This document shows, one piece after another, positions 9,573 to 20,026 of a stretch of 64,000 nt of DNA (the stretch's first letter is position 1; each line of letters opens with the position of its first letter). The stretch comes from Candidatus Dojkabacteria bacterium (GTDB lineage: Bacteria > Patescibacteriota > Dojkabacteria > B142 > OLB20): the NCBI GenBank assembly GCA_035444565.1, contig DAOMOX010000003.1, positions 95,488 through 159,487 on the forward strand, written 5' to 3'. The position numbers were made by a program, and so were the translations under genes. The notes beneath the pieces are model-generated. The model had not been told where the DNA came from and did no database searches. It worked only from the letters and a program-made list of their open reading frames with translations.

Positions 9573-10085
9573 ATGCACATGGACTTGTCGACGCAAAATG
9601 GTAAAACAGAGAGGGTAATCTCGATAGATTGTGGAACAGCTATCACGGGATGGGCGATTATAGACAAAAAGGGTAATTATTTAACACACGTTGCAAGCGG
9701 TGCAATACAGACAAGTAAAAATGATGATATGTCTTTGAGACTTAAATACATCTTTGAAGAATTAGAAAAACTAATCCAGGAATATCGGCCAACTACTATG
9801 GCAATTGAAGACCTTTTTTATTTTAAGAATCAAAAAACAGTTATTACAGTTAGTCAAGCAAGGGGGGTTATTATACTTTCTGGTGTTGTGAATCAATTGG
9901 GGGTATATAATTACACTCCCTTACAAGTTAAATCCGCAGTAACAGGTTACGGCAGAGCGGAGAAGAATCAAGTTGCTTTTATGGTAGGTAAAATACTTAA
10001 ATTAAAGGATGTTCCGAAGCTAGATGACATTACTGATGCCATAGCTGTAGGGATCTGCCATCTTAATTCAAATCATGTTCGCTAA
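9573..10085 (+). CDS. ruvC: Holliday junction resolvase
   Basis: IDCG, AIED, QARGV, YTPLQVKSAVTGYGRAEK, DDITDAIA. Confidence 0.96.
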   Translation: MHMDLSTQNGKTERVISIDCGTAITGWAIIDKKGNYLTHVASGAIQTSKNDDMSLRLKYIFEELEKLIQEYRPTTMAIEDLFYFKNQKTVITVSQARGVIILSGVVNQLGVYNYTPLQVKSAVTGYGRAEKNQVAFMVGKILKLKDVPKLDDITDAIAVGICHLNSNHVR

Positions 10086-10653
10086 ACTCAAAGGTACAAT
10101 CTCGGATATCTTTTCAGACTTCATTATATTGGATGTCGGTGATGTAGGTTATCGAGTTGAGACTATACAAAATGAATTTCTTGTTGGAGAAGAGAAATCT
10201 TTCTTCATTTACACTCATGTGAGAGAAAATGAGATTCGATTATTTGGGTTGGATACAAAGAATCAATATTCGCTATTTGTAGATTTGATAGGAATATCTG
10301 GGGTGGGTCCGAAATTAGCACAAAATATACTCAAGCAGATACCTTACGAATCCATTATGTCCGCGATTGCCGATAAAAATATTGATACACTTCTTGTAAA
10401 AGGAGTAGGGAAGAAAACAGCACAGAGAATTATAATAGATATGACTTCTAAGTTGGAAAAATATACGTGGGAAGGTTTTACAAGTCAAAACAATTTATCA
10501 CAGGAGTTCAGAAGTCAGGCTCAACAAGCATTACAGAACCTAGGTTTAAGTAAAGATGAAATCAGGGACATAATAAAGGAATATGGTGTGAATCATACCG
10601 AAGAAAAGTTAGAATTATTAGTTAAGTTTGCATTAAAATTCATTAATAAATGA
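10075..10653 (+). CDS. ruvA: Holliday junction branch migration protein RuvA
   Basis: GVGPKLA, GVGKKTAQRI HhH motifs; between ruvC and ruvB. Confidence 0.95.
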   Translation: MFAKLKGTISDIFSDFIILDVGDVGYRVETIQNEFLVGEEKSFFIYTHVRENEIRLFGLDTKNQYSLFVDLIGISGVGPKLAQNILKQIPYESIMSAIADKNIDTLLVKGVGKKTAQRIIIDMTSKLEKYTWEGFTSQNNLSQEFRSQAQQALQNLGLSKDEIRDIIKEYGVNHTEEKLELLVKFALKFINK

Positions 10654-11645
10654 TGAACGATCGAATCATAAATGCAGAATCAGAGAGTGATGATGAGTTG
10701 GTACTCTTTGATAGATCGCTTCGCCCTAAACTTTTTAAAGATGTTATAGGTAGAAAGCGCGAGGTCGATAACCTTAAGATTCTAATAGATGCTGCTAAAA
10801 TGAGAAATGAACCGATTGATCATGTTCTACTTCATGGTCCGCCTGGACTTGGAAAAACTTCCTTGGCATATGTTATAGCAAACGAAGCAAATGTACCTAT
10901 TTATACTACCTCAGGGCCAGCAATTGAGAGAAAAGCTGACTTGGCTGCCATATTAAGCAACCTTGAAGATAAGGCGATTTTATTTATCGATGAAATTCAT
11001 CGACTAAATAGATCATTGGAGGAAATCTTGTATTCAGCAATGGAGGATAGTACGATTGACATAGTCATTGGCAAGGGTCCTTCAGCTAGGACATTAAAGT
11101 TGGAATTAAATAAATTCTCATTGATAGGTGCCACAACTAGAGTAGGGATGTTGAGTTCCCCTTTAAGAGATAGGTTTGGTGTAGATATGCACTTGGATTA
11201 TTATGGTTATGAAGATTTAGCATCGCTAATAAGACAAAAAGCAAAAATATTAGATATTGTGATAGATGAAAAAGCTTCTGAGGAAATTGCAAAACGATCT
11301 AGAAGGACTCCTCGAATTGCACAACGTTTATTAAAAAGAGTTAGAGACTATGCGCAAAGCAATTCAAGTAGTAATATAGATGTAAACTCAGTAAAAGAAA
11401 CATTAAACATGTTAGGAATCGATAATTTTGGTCTGGACAGCCTAGACAAGAAAATTTTGCAAGTGATGGTCAAAAACTTCAAAGGAGGACCTGTTGGTAT
11501 AAACACAATAGCAGCGTCACTGTCCGAGGATAGAGATACAATCGAAAATGTGTATGAACCATTTTTGTTGAAAGAAGGTTTTATTATGAGAACAGCGAGG
11601 GGTAGGGTAGTTACGGAAAAAGTATATGAAATATTAGATTTATAA
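10650..11645 (+). CDS. ruvB: Holliday junction helicase RuvB
   Basis: SLRPK, GPPGLGKT, FIDEIHR, PLRDRFG, EPFLL. Confidence 0.98.
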   Translation: MMNDRIINAESESDDELVLFDRSLRPKLFKDVIGRKREVDNLKILIDAAKMRNEPIDHVLLHGPPGLGKTSLAYVIANEANVPIYTTSGPAIERKADLAAILSNLEDKAILFIDEIHRLNRSLEEILYSAMEDSTIDIVIGKGPSARTLKLELNKFSLIGATTRVGMLSSPLRDRFGVDMHLDYYGYEDLASLIRQKAKILDIVIDEKASEEIAKRSRRTPRIAQRLLKRVRDYAQSNSSSNIDVNSVKETLNMLGIDNFGLDSLDKKILQVMVKNFKGGPVGINTIAASLSEDRDTIENVYEPFLLKEGFIMRTARGRVVTEKVYEILDL

Positions 11646-11647
11646 AA

Positions 11648-12475
11648 ATGCCAAAGATAAATACAAGATCTAGGATAATGATAACAACGTCATTGCTTAC
11701 GTTCTTGTTTCTCTTAGTTCAACAATATGACTTCCGCACCATCTGGCCAATAAATCTCAGTTTTGACCCGATAAAGCCGTTCATCTTGAGTTTCGTAGCA
11801 TATGTACTATGTTATTGGGTGCTTCATTTCAAAGTTTCTGGAGAAAGATATGTGACTATTTTATTATTTCCAGCGATTACCGTATTCGCTTTATCCCTCT
11901 TGTCCGAAATCCTTATAGCGGGGATACTTTCCGAATTCGGACAGCTAGGTCTTGTCCTACTAAGTGCAGTTCTTTTCTGGGTGTTTGTATATATAACTTT
12001 TCTTACTGTTAATGTTTTAAATGTTTCTTACATTCGTGAAATTCCTTTAGGTCAAGCGGGTAGGGCATCGCAATTCATCTTGACTATGATAATTGCATAC
12101 ATTAGTTTCTTTTTGGTATTCAGTAACGATATCTTTCTAGTTTTTCGAGAAGTGTTTATTTTATTAGAAACATTTTTGTTAGTCTATATCACCCTCTGGA
12201 CAATAAAAATCTCAAAACGGCAACGAATAATTGCATCATTAAATATTGGTGTACTGATTGCGTTACTTACATTCATTTTGAGTCTCTGGCCCATAAATTC
12301 CACTTATATAGCCCTTGTGCTGATATTGGTGTTTTACGTATGTCTCGGTATAGCTCTCGAAATAAGGGAATTCATAAGTCAATTTATTTGGGTAGAATAC
12401 GTTTCATTATTAGTATTAATCTTCGTAATGTTGTTTCTCCTAGCAGAGTGGGGGATTAACGGTCACCTCCTCTAA
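11648..12475 (+). CDS. Polytopic membrane protein, unknown function
   Basis: About 9 hydrophobic segments; 2 nt after ruvB. Confidence 0.75.
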   Translation: MPKINTRSRIMITTSLLTFLFLLVQQYDFRTIWPINLSFDPIKPFILSFVAYVLCYWVLHFKVSGERYVTILLFPAITVFALSLLSEILIAGILSEFGQLGLVLLSAVLFWVFVYITFLTVNVLNVSYIREIPLGQAGRASQFILTMIIAYISFFLVFSNDIFLVFREVFILLETFLLVYITLWTIKISKRQRIIASLNIGVLIALLTFILSLWPINSTYIALVLILVFYVCLGIALEIREFISQFIWVEYVSLLVLIFVMLFLLAEWGINGHLL

Positions 12476-12640
12476 ATAGAGGTAATTAATTAATTGTCTT
12501 CCTTTAACTCCCTCGTTTTCATATTTTCTTTATATGACCAGATAATGGGGGAATGAGATATATATAAATTCATAAATATTTGTAATCCATAATAAAAGAT
12601 AATTTCTGAATAAATAAGGATGAAATAGTACTATATAGAA

Positions 12641-12668
12641 ACTGAGTATAATAACCCTTATATGCAAT
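12641..12668. other. Putative dif site (Xer recombination site)
   Basis: ACTGAGTATAA-TAACCC-TTATATGCAAT: 11-6-11 architecture, arms match 8/11 as inverted repeat, about 200 bp upstream of xer, at the gene-strand convergence. Confidence 0.75.
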
Positions 12669-12864
12669 TAACGAGAGAATAAGGCGGAGAAGTGGGTGTT
12701 TTGCTATTTATTTATAATTAGTTATAATATTTTTAATTCATATATTATTAATAGTTTTTGTTAATGTATGAAATTTCTGAGATTTGAGTTTTATTACCTC
12801 ATTTCTTGGATACCCTTTATTCTCGGGGCTTCTCCCCTACTAATTTTTATCAAAAGAGGGCACC

Positions 12865-13962
12865 ATGGATGATTTCGACAAGTATAATAAGGAAATAGTA
12901 AGCCAGATGCCTTTAATAGAGGATTTCTTTTATGACCTTATAAATAATAATTATTCAGGGAAAACAGTATCTAACTATCAAAGAGATTTATTAGTTTTTG
13001 CGAGTTTTCTATATTCACAGAAATTAAAATTTAAAGAAATCGGGAAATTAGATTTAATTAAATACAAAGACTATTTACGTAATGGGAAATATTTAAAAGA
13101 TTTAAAATTCCTCTATAATAACGAAAATGTCACCGATGATCGTGAAAATCCACTCCCTGAAACGCAACACAAAGAATCGAGCTCTAAGGCATCTAGAAGG
13201 CTTTCTATGTATCAAGGTCGACTTGGAAGTCGCAGTGTAAATCGTATGTTATCAGCATTAAGGAGTTATTTTAGATTTTTGACAGATGCGGATGAAAAAG
13301 TTCCAATTCCTGCAGATGCGATAAAATTAATTAAAACTGAAAAAGTCGTTTCAAATGTTGCTGACTTAGATGAATTAATTTCTTTAATTGAATCTCCAGA
13401 AAATTTTGAAAAGAAAAAAAATGTTCGTTACAGAAACCGTGCAATGTTGGAATTATTATTTTCAACTGGTATGAGAATTTCTGAACTTATAAATTTGAAT
13501 CTTGAAGATTTGAAACTTGATGAGTCTAAAAAAGTTATACAAGATGACAGAATTTTCATCACTGGTAAAGGAAAAAAGCAAAGATTTGTTTATCTCACAG
13601 AACGTGCAAAACATTATCTGGAAAGGTATCTGATGACTCGTGATGACGAATATAAGGCCTTGTTTATACCTTATAGAGGATCTCGGCTAGGTACTGAAAA
13701 TCCTTATGCAGTAAGAGTTTCGGTGAATTATTTACAATATAAAATTAAACAATACAGAACTCGTCTTGGTATAAATATTCCTACTTCCGCGCACAGTCTT
13801 AGGCACGGTTTTGCTACTTATTTATCCGAAAATGGTGCAAATCCGGCTTCAATTCAACGACTTCTTGGTCATGAATCATTACAAACGACAAGCCGTTACG
13901 TTCATACGAGCGACAAGGTCGCACAAAAATCTCATAAAGAATTCCATCCATTAAAAGAGTAG
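12865..13962 (+). CDS. Xer-family tyrosine recombinase
   Basis: RNRAMLELLFSTGMRISEL, GKGKKQR, HSLRHGFAT, LLGHESLQTTSRY (catalytic R-K-H-R-H-Y intact). Confidence 0.95.
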   Translation: MDDFDKYNKEIVSQMPLIEDFFYDLINNNYSGKTVSNYQRDLLVFASFLYSQKLKFKEIGKLDLIKYKDYLRNGKYLKDLKFLYNNENVTDDRENPLPETQHKESSSKASRRLSMYQGRLGSRSVNRMLSALRSYFRFLTDADEKVPIPADAIKLIKTEKVVSNVADLDELISLIESPENFEKKKNVRYRNRAMLELLFSTGMRISELINLNLEDLKLDESKKVIQDDRIFITGKGKKQRFVYLTERAKHYLERYLMTRDDEYKALFIPYRGSRLGTENPYAVRVSVNYLQYKIKQYRTRLGINIPTSAHSLRHGFATYLSENGANPASIQRLLGHESLQTTSRYVHTSDKVAQKSHKEFHPLKE

Positions 13963-13990
13963 GGTTCCCCTACTCTTTTTTATTTTTTTT
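13953..13990. terminator. Intrinsic terminator, probably bidirectional
   Basis: AAAAGAGTAGGG-TTC-CCCTACTCTTTT stem followed by T-run, between convergent genes. Confidence 0.85.
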
Positions 13991-14017
13991 ATGATTTGGT
14001 TGTTAGACCTGAATTCT

Positions 14018-14446
14018 CTAGGCTACAGCAGAAACCTCAAGTATTTCGATAACCTGCTTACCAGCTGGAGTGTCAAGTTCCACATAGTCCCCTGCTCCAT
14101 TGCCTTCTAGTGCAAGCGCAATCGGTGACTCGGTAGATATATATCCATTTTGTGTATCAACCTGTGTTGGATGTACAACCTTGAATTCACGGGTGCTACC
14201 ATTGATGCTGACTTTGTACTGTTGACCAAAAGTCTTTGGTAGTTCAGTATTTTTCAAGGAGTCTAATAGCGAATCGATTGACTGCTCTAGATAATCTTTT
14301 TTGTCTAATAACTCGTGTAACACAGCAGAATCATCTGCATCGTTTTCTTTTCGATCTCTTTCGATTTGTGTGCCGATTGAATCAATTTGTTTTTTTAGGT
14401 CTTGTATTTTTGCAAGTATTTCTTCTCTCGATTTCGCCTTCTTCAT
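14018..14446 (-). CDS. GreA/GreB-family factor, Gfh1-like acidic tip
   Basis: N-terminal coiled coil, NDADDS tip, C-terminal ISTESPIALALEG...VELDTPAG; start ATG 14446 (longer ORF runs through a terminator). Confidence 0.85.
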   Translation of the reverse strand: MKKAKSREEILAKIQDLKKQIDSIGTQIERDRKENDADDSAVLHELLDKKDYLEQSIDSLLDSLKNTELPKTFGQQYKVSINGSTREFKVVHPTQVDTQNGYISTESPIALALEGNGAGDYVELDTPAGKQVIEILEVSAVA

Positions 14447-14454
14447 TGTAATTT

Positions 14455-14519
14455 GATAAAAAATAAAAAAACCTCTCGTTTTTGAGAGGTGGAATACACG
14501 ATGGGTATACACCTCTCAA
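14455..14519 (-). promoter_or_regulatory. Attenuator: terminator plus competing antiterminator
   Basis: Terminator ACCTCTC-AAAAAC-GAGAGGT + T-run; upstream TTGAGAGGTG is the perfect complement of CACCTCTCAA. Confidence 0.8.
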
Positions 14520-14572
14520 GTGATTAGTGATTTATTCATAATAAAAATTTGTGTGCAACAACAATAATGCAT
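14516..14572 (-). CDS. Putative leader peptide MHYCCCTQIFIMNKSLIT
   Basis: 18-codon ORF whose TGA stop lies within the antiterminator arm. Confidence 0.6.
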   Translation of the reverse strand: MHYCCCTQIFIMNKSLIT

Positions 14573-14655
14573 TTCTTTTTTCGGTTTTCCTTTATATATC
14601 ACAACGAATTATATAACGTTGTTTGAAAATAGTGTCACAAATAATACAATTTTTT

Positions 14656-17250
14656 TTATACAATAGCAATAGCACTTACCTCATCGCCCTTCTCTAGCGA
14701 CATTAGGCGGACACCTGCTGTTTGTCTACTTCTCTCAGGTAGATCATTTGTTGGAGTTCTGAGTGCTTTTCCAATTTTGCTGATAATCAATAGGTCCATT
14801 CCAGGATGGTCAAAAATCCTTGCTGTTGCCAAGAATCCAGTCTTTTTATTGATTCTGGCTGCATATACCCCCTGCCCTCCTCTTTTCTGTCTAGGAAATT
14901 GTGATAATTTGCTGACTTTTCCGTAACCATTTCTTGAGATTGTTAATAATAGGTCTTCTTGTTTACGGACAACATCCATAGCGATTACAAAGTCTCCAGC
15001 GTTCTTAAATAATATTCCTCGTACTCCCATGGTGTCTCTTCCTGTTGGTCGAACATCTTTCTCATGGAATCGGATCGATCTGGCTTGTTCTGTGATTAGT
15101 AAGACTTCATCATCACCGTTGGTTGGTTTTACCCAGGCTAATTCGTCTTCTTTTGATAATTTAATTGAAATCAAACCATTTGTTCTGATATTGCTGAATT
15201 CTTCGATAGCAGTTTTCTTTACCGTTCCTAATTTGGTGGCCATGAAAAGGTATTTGTAGGATTTTTTCTCACGTTTGTCTTCTCCTTCTTGTATTGTATC
15301 TTCATCATATAGTTTTCCATCTTCTCGTTTACTTAAGATACTTGTTACGAGTTCGTTCTGGTCTATATTTATTAAATTGATAATTGCTTGTCCTTTTGCT
15401 GTTCTACCAAACTCAGGTATCTCGTATACTTTCTTGAAAAATACTCGGCCTCGATTTGTGAAGAATAAAATATCGTCATGAGTAGAACAACTCAAAATAT
15501 GCGAAACTCCGTCATCTTCTTTTGTTCCCATTCCTGTTTTTCCTTTTCCTCCACGCTTTTGTTGTTTGTAAGTATTTTCATTGATTCTTTTAATGTAACC
15601 TTGTTCACTTACCGTAACGAAAACATTCTCTTTATGAATTAAATCCAATTCTGAAAATTCTCCAACCTTGCCCTTGTGCAACTTTGTTCTTCGTTTGTCG
15701 GAAAGTCTTTCCTTCAGTGATGTAAGTTCTTGTTCAATAGTATTGATAACCATATCGGGAGTTGTAATTAATTTGATCAGTTCTGCGATAGTCTTTTTGA
15801 TTTGCTTGTATTCTTCTTCAATCTTTTGTCTTTCTAGTGCAGCAAGTTTTCGGAGTTGCATATCAAGTATTGCTGTCGCTTGAATTTCACTCAATGCGAA
15901 TTTCTTTATCAAGTTTGTCTTAGCTATGTCAGCATCTTTTGAACTTCTGATTGTGTTTATGACTTCATCAAGATTATCAAGAGCAATCATTAATCCTTCT
16001 AGAATATGTTCTCTTTCTTTAGCTCTCGCAAGGTCAAATTCCGCTCTTCTTATTATGATTTCTTGTCTATGCGTAATGAATAATTCAAGAATTCTCTTTA
16101 GGTTCAATAATTTTGGTTCACCATTAACCAATGCAAGCAGATTCATATTGAATGTTGTCTGCATCTCTGTATATTTGTACAGTTTGTTGAGAACTGTATT
16201 GGGGTTACCATCTTTTTTAATATCAATCACCACTCGGATTGTTTTCGTGGATTCATCTCTCAAATCTGCAATTCCAAGGATTTTCTTATCGCGGTGAAGG
16301 TCTGCAATTTTTATTACCAGGTTGGATTTGTTTACTTGGTAAGGAAGTTCGGTTACAACAATTCTAAATTTACCGTTTCCTCTTTCTTCTATGTGTGCAA
16401 CTGCACGCATTAAAACTCTCCCCCGACCTGTTGCATAACCTCGAATGATTTCTGCTTGGTCGTACATTTCTGCACCAGTAGGAAAATCAGGCGCAGGTAT
16501 GAATTTTGCTAAATCTTCGATAGTAGTTGAGGAGATGAATTCAGGGAATCTGTCCTTTGGCAACTTATGTAAATCTTCAACAGTTCTAATCTCTTCTGCA
16601 TATTTTAGATCAAGTTGCTGGTAGTCAAATTCGTTGCCAAGCTCTATCATAGACTTCAACCCATCCACGATCTCTCCTAAGTTATGTGGAGGTATTTTGG
16701 TTGCCATTCCAACAGCAATACCCTCTGCTCCATTCAAGAGTAAGTTCGGGAGTAAAGAAGGTAATAGATTTGGCTCGGAATAACTTCCGTCATATGTTGG
16801 AATGAAATCTACCGTATTTTTATCGAGATCTTGCAGAATCTCTAGAGCATTCTTACCGAGCCTAGATTCTGTATACCTCATGGCTGCAGCTGTGTCTCCG
16901 TCTATTGAACCGAAGTTACCTTGTCCATCTATAAGTGGATACCTGAAACTGAAGTCTTGAGCCATACGAACCATAGCGTCGTAAACAGCAGTGTCTCCGT
17001 GAGGATGATATTTACCTATTACTTCTCCAACTGTTCTAGCAGATTTCTTGTAACCTTTGCTAGGAAGAAAACCTTGTCGATACATAGCGTATAAAATCCT
17101 CCTCTGTACAGGCTTAAGTCCATCTCTAACCTCCGGAAGTGCTCTAGCTACAATAACGCTCATTGCGTAGTTGATGTAAGAAGTAGACATCTCATCTACA
17201 ATATTTCGAGAGTTAATTGTGCCTGTTGTTTTTAGACCTTGATCTGTCAT
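14656..17250 (-). CDS. gyrA: DNA gyrase subunit A
   Basis: [22 protein letters not shown], GyrA-box QKRGGKG, beta-pinwheel repeats. Confidence 0.97.
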   Translation of the reverse strand: MTDQGLKTTGTINSRNIVDEMSTSYINYAMSVIVARALPEVRDGLKPVQRRILYAMYRQGFLPSKGYKKSARTVGEVIGKYHPHGDTAVYDAMVRMAQDFSFRYPLIDGQGNFGSIDGDTAAAMRYTESRLGKNALEILQDLDKNTVDFIPTYDGSYSEPNLLPSLLPNLLLNGAEGIAVGMATKIPPHNLGEIVDGLKSMIELGNEFDYQQLDLKYAEEIRTVEDLHKLPKDRFPEFISSTTIEDLAKFIPAPDFPTGAEMYDQAEIIRGYATGRGRVLMRAVAHIEERGNGKFRIVVTELPYQVNKSNLVIKIADLHRDKKILGIADLRDESTKTIRVVIDIKKDGNPNTVLNKLYKYTEMQTTFNMNLLALVNGEPKLLNLKRILELFITHRQEIIIRRAEFDLARAKEREHILEGLMIALDNLDEVINTIRSSKDADIAKTNLIKKFALSEIQATAILDMQLRKLAALERQKIEEEYKQIKKTIAELIKLITTPDMVINTIEQELTSLKERLSDKRRTKLHKGKVGEFSELDLIHKENVFVTVSEQGYIKRINENTYKQQKRGGKGKTGMGTKEDDGVSHILSCSTHDDILFFTNRGRVFFKKVYEIPEFGRTAKGQAIINLINIDQNELVTSILSKREDGKLYDEDTIQEGEDKREKKSYKYLFMATKLGTVKKTAIEEFSNIRTNGLISIKLSKEDELAWVKPTNGDDEVLLITEQARSIRFHEKDVRPTGRDTMGVRGILFKNAGDFVIAMDVVRKQEDLLLTISRNGYGKVSKLSQFPRQKRGGQGVYAARINKKTGFLATARIFDHPGMDLLIISKIGKALRTPTNDLPERSRQTAGVRLMSLEKGDEVSAIAIV

Positions 17251-17260
17251 TTGCTTAATA

Positions 17261-19204
17261 TTAAATATCTACGGTTGCTTCTTTACTGTGAGTTTGAATA
17301 AATTTCTTTCTAGGTGCAACTTCTGCTCCCATCAAAATATCAAAAATTTTATCGGATTCTTCACCATCTTCGATTTTGATTTGTTTAAGAGTTCGACTTT
17401 CAGGATTCATTGTTGTTTGCCATAATTGTTCAGGATTCATTTCTCCAAGACCTTTGAATCTTTGAATACTTTTTGGTGACTTCTTAGCGGCTTTTAATTG
17501 TGCTGTTAATTCTTCTAATTTTGAATCGTTAGCAACCCAGTAGTTTTCGTCTTTATTGATTTCTACTTTGTATAGTGGTGGCTGGGCAACGTATAGATAT
17601 CCCTTTTCAAGTATTGGTTTCAAGTGGCGATAGAATAATGTCAAAACAAGTGTTGTAATATGTTCTCCATCAACATCAGCATCGTTCATCAAGACAATTT
17701 TGTGATATCTGAGCTTTTCAATATTCATTGTGTCGGAAATACCTGTTCCAAGTGCTATTACCAAGTCTTTAATTTCTTTATTATTCATAATTTTATCAAG
17801 ACGGTATTTCTCAGTATTAAGAGGTTTTCCTCTTAGTGGAAAAATCGCTTGAGTATTTCGATCACGAGCTTGTTTTGCAGATCCTCCGGCAGAGTCTCCC
17901 TCTACTATGAACAATTCTGAAATTGTAGGATCTTTACTAGAACAATCGGCAAGTTTTCCTGGTAGGCTTCCACCATCAAGTGCACCCTTTCTGATGACTG
18001 CATCTCTAGCTGCTTTTGCCGCTTTTCGTGCTTTGTTGGAAAGAACTGCTCTAGAAATAATGTTCTTCGCATCTTGGGGATTCTCTCCCAGGTAGGTTTT
18101 TAGCGATTCTTCAACAACTTTTCTTACAGCTTGTGTGACTTCTGGATTATTAAGCTTAATCTTCGTCTGTCCTTCAAATTGCGGGTCATGAATTTTGACT
18201 GAAACAATTGCTGTGAGCCCCTCTCTTGTATCATCTCCACTAAGTTTGAGATCTTTTTCCTTATCTGTCGCAATCGTAGAGAAATAATCATTTAGACTTT
18301 TGGTTAATGCGATTCTAAAGCCAGATAGATGTGTTCCCCCTTCAGGGTTGTGAACATTGTTAGCAAAAGCTAATACTCTTTCTTGTAGATCAGTTGTGTA
18401 TTGGACAGCGACCTCAACATCGACATCTTCTTCTGTTTTGTGTACATAGAAAATATTTTTATTAACAGGTTTATAAGAAGAATTTATTTGCTTAATGTAG
18501 GATTTCATTCCGTTCTGGAAATAGAATGCATAATGTCTAGGTATATTTGTTTCTCCTCCTCTATCTTCTTCCTCACGATCATCTCGAACAACTATACGAA
18601 CACCCGCGGTTAAATAAGCTTGCTGTCTGAAGCGAGTATGAAGTTTCTTAATACTGAATTGCGTAGATGTGAAAATTGTATCATCAGGAGTAAATGTGAT
18701 TTTTGTGCCAGTTTCATCCGATTTTCCTAAAACAGCCACGTCTTTTAATGGCTTTCCAATTTTGTACTCTTGCATGTAATGTTTGCCATCTTTGAAAACC
18801 TCTGCTTTCATATTGGTACTGACGGCGTTTACGACTGAGAGTCCAACCCCATGTAATCCAGATGACACTTTATAAGATGATTCGTCAAATTTTCCTCCGG
18901 CGTGAAGAGTCGTAGCTGCGATTTCTAAAGCGCTAACTTTTTTTATGGGATGAATATCAACCGGGATTCCGCGTCCATTATCAGAAACACTTATTGATCC
19001 ATCTTTGTTTAGACTGATTTCAATCTTATCTGCATATCCACCCAAAGCTTCGTCAATTGAGTTGTCTACAATTTCATACACGATATGATGTAGACCTGTA
19101 ACATCAGAATCTCCGATGTACATCGCAGGTCTTTTCCGTACGGCTTCTAATCCCTCAAGGATTGTTATAGATGAAGCATTGTAAGAATTATCCTTTTTGC
19201 TCAT
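17261..19204 (-). CDS. gyrB: DNA gyrase subunit B
   Basis: [50 protein letters not shown]. Confidence 0.97.
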   Translation of the reverse strand: MSKKDNSYNASSITILEGLEAVRKRPAMYIGDSDVTGLHHIVYEIVDNSIDEALGGYADKIEISLNKDGSISVSDNGRGIPVDIHPIKKVSALEIAATTLHAGGKFDESSYKVSSGLHGVGLSVVNAVSTNMKAEVFKDGKHYMQEYKIGKPLKDVAVLGKSDETGTKITFTPDDTIFTSTQFSIKKLHTRFRQQAYLTAGVRIVVRDDREEEDRGGETNIPRHYAFYFQNGMKSYIKQINSSYKPVNKNIFYVHKTEEDVDVEVAVQYTTDLQERVLAFANNVHNPEGGTHLSGFRIALTKSLNDYFSTIATDKEKDLKLSGDDTREGLTAIVSVKIHDPQFEGQTKIKLNNPEVTQAVRKVVEESLKTYLGENPQDAKNIISRAVLSNKARKAAKAARDAVIRKGALDGGSLPGKLADCSSKDPTISELFIVEGDSAGGSAKQARDRNTQAIFPLRGKPLNTEKYRLDKIMNNKEIKDLVIALGTGISDTMNIEKLRYHKIVLMNDADVDGEHITTLVLTLFYRHLKPILEKGYLYVAQPPLYKVEINKDENYWVANDSKLEELTAQLKAAKKSPKSIQRFKGLGEMNPEQLWQTTMNPESRTLKQIKIEDGEESDKIFDILMGAEVAPRKKFIQTHSKEATVDI

Positions 19205-19249
19205 AAAATTACATCGTAAGTGAAAGTAGTTATTCTAGCATAAGCTCGA

Positions 19250-19912
19250 CTAATATTTCATATTAATTACCATATTTTCTAATGCAAGTCTTTTAGATGT
19301 ATTACCAGATATCATTATAGATGTTTGTTCTATCAAAGCAATGTTTTGTTTGAGTTTTGTATCGGAATGGTCCGCTTCGAGCTCTTTTTGTAATGTTGTA
19401 AGCAAATTTAATAAGAATTTTTGTATTGATCTGTTTTGTTCTATTAAGTTTTTCTCACTCATTATTTCATCTATAAGTTTGAATTGTTGTGTTCTACTAA
19501 TTTTCATAAAATCGGTGCCTTCTATGGATTGCGAGATTGTCGTATCTTGGATAATCTCACACCTAGAAAGAACAGTAGGTAAAAGGTATGACGGGTTTGA
19601 TAGTGTAAGTGCTAGAAAACAATTAGCATTGGGCTCTTCTAAGAGTTTCAAGATGGAGTTTTGAGCTTGAACAGTCAATAGCTCTGCATTTTGGATGACA
19701 GCAAATTTGTTCGGACTACTGTAAGGTTTAACTTTGAACCACTCTTTCAACTTCCTTGTTTGGTCAATCCCTATTGATTGTTTTTTATCAGCGGGTTCAA
19801 CATGGTAAAAGTCTGCATTGATGTCTTTTATCTGCAAACTTGAACATAATGAGTCGATAGTCTCACTAATAAAATCAGCACGAGAAGAAGAAATTATGTA
19901 TGACTTAGACAT
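19250..19912 (-). CDS. holB: DNA polymerase III delta' (HolB-like)
   Basis: IGIDQTR, AELLTVQAQNSILKLLEEP, LLPTVLSRC. Confidence 0.85.
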   Translation of the reverse strand: MSKSYIISSSRADFISETIDSLCSSLQIKDINADFYHVEPADKKQSIGIDQTRKLKEWFKVKPYSSPNKFAVIQNAELLTVQAQNSILKLLEEPNANCFLALTLSNPSYLLPTVLSRCEIIQDTTISQSIEGTDFMKISRTQQFKLIDEIMSEKNLIEQNRSIQKFLLNLLTTLQKELEADHSDTKLKQNIALIEQTSIMISGNTSKRLALENMVINMKY

Positions 19913-20026
19913 AACTCAAAAACAATTAAGTAAGTTGATAAAGAAATTAATAGAAAAAAAACTGAATAAAAGGTAGACTATAATAGTATCTAATTTTATC
20001 ACTTTGAGAGGCAAAAGACACAGTAA

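Noticed and set aside
12865-13962. Prophage or island integrase
   Set aside because: Flanked by housekeeping genes, no phage genes, Xer-like motifs and adjacent dif-like site
14447-14512. N-terminal extension of the Gre-family ORF (164-aa call)
   Set aside because: Runs through the terminator hairpin; ATG 14446 fits better
14656-19204. Topoisomerase IV (parC/parE)
   Set aside because: GyrA-box QKRGGKG present
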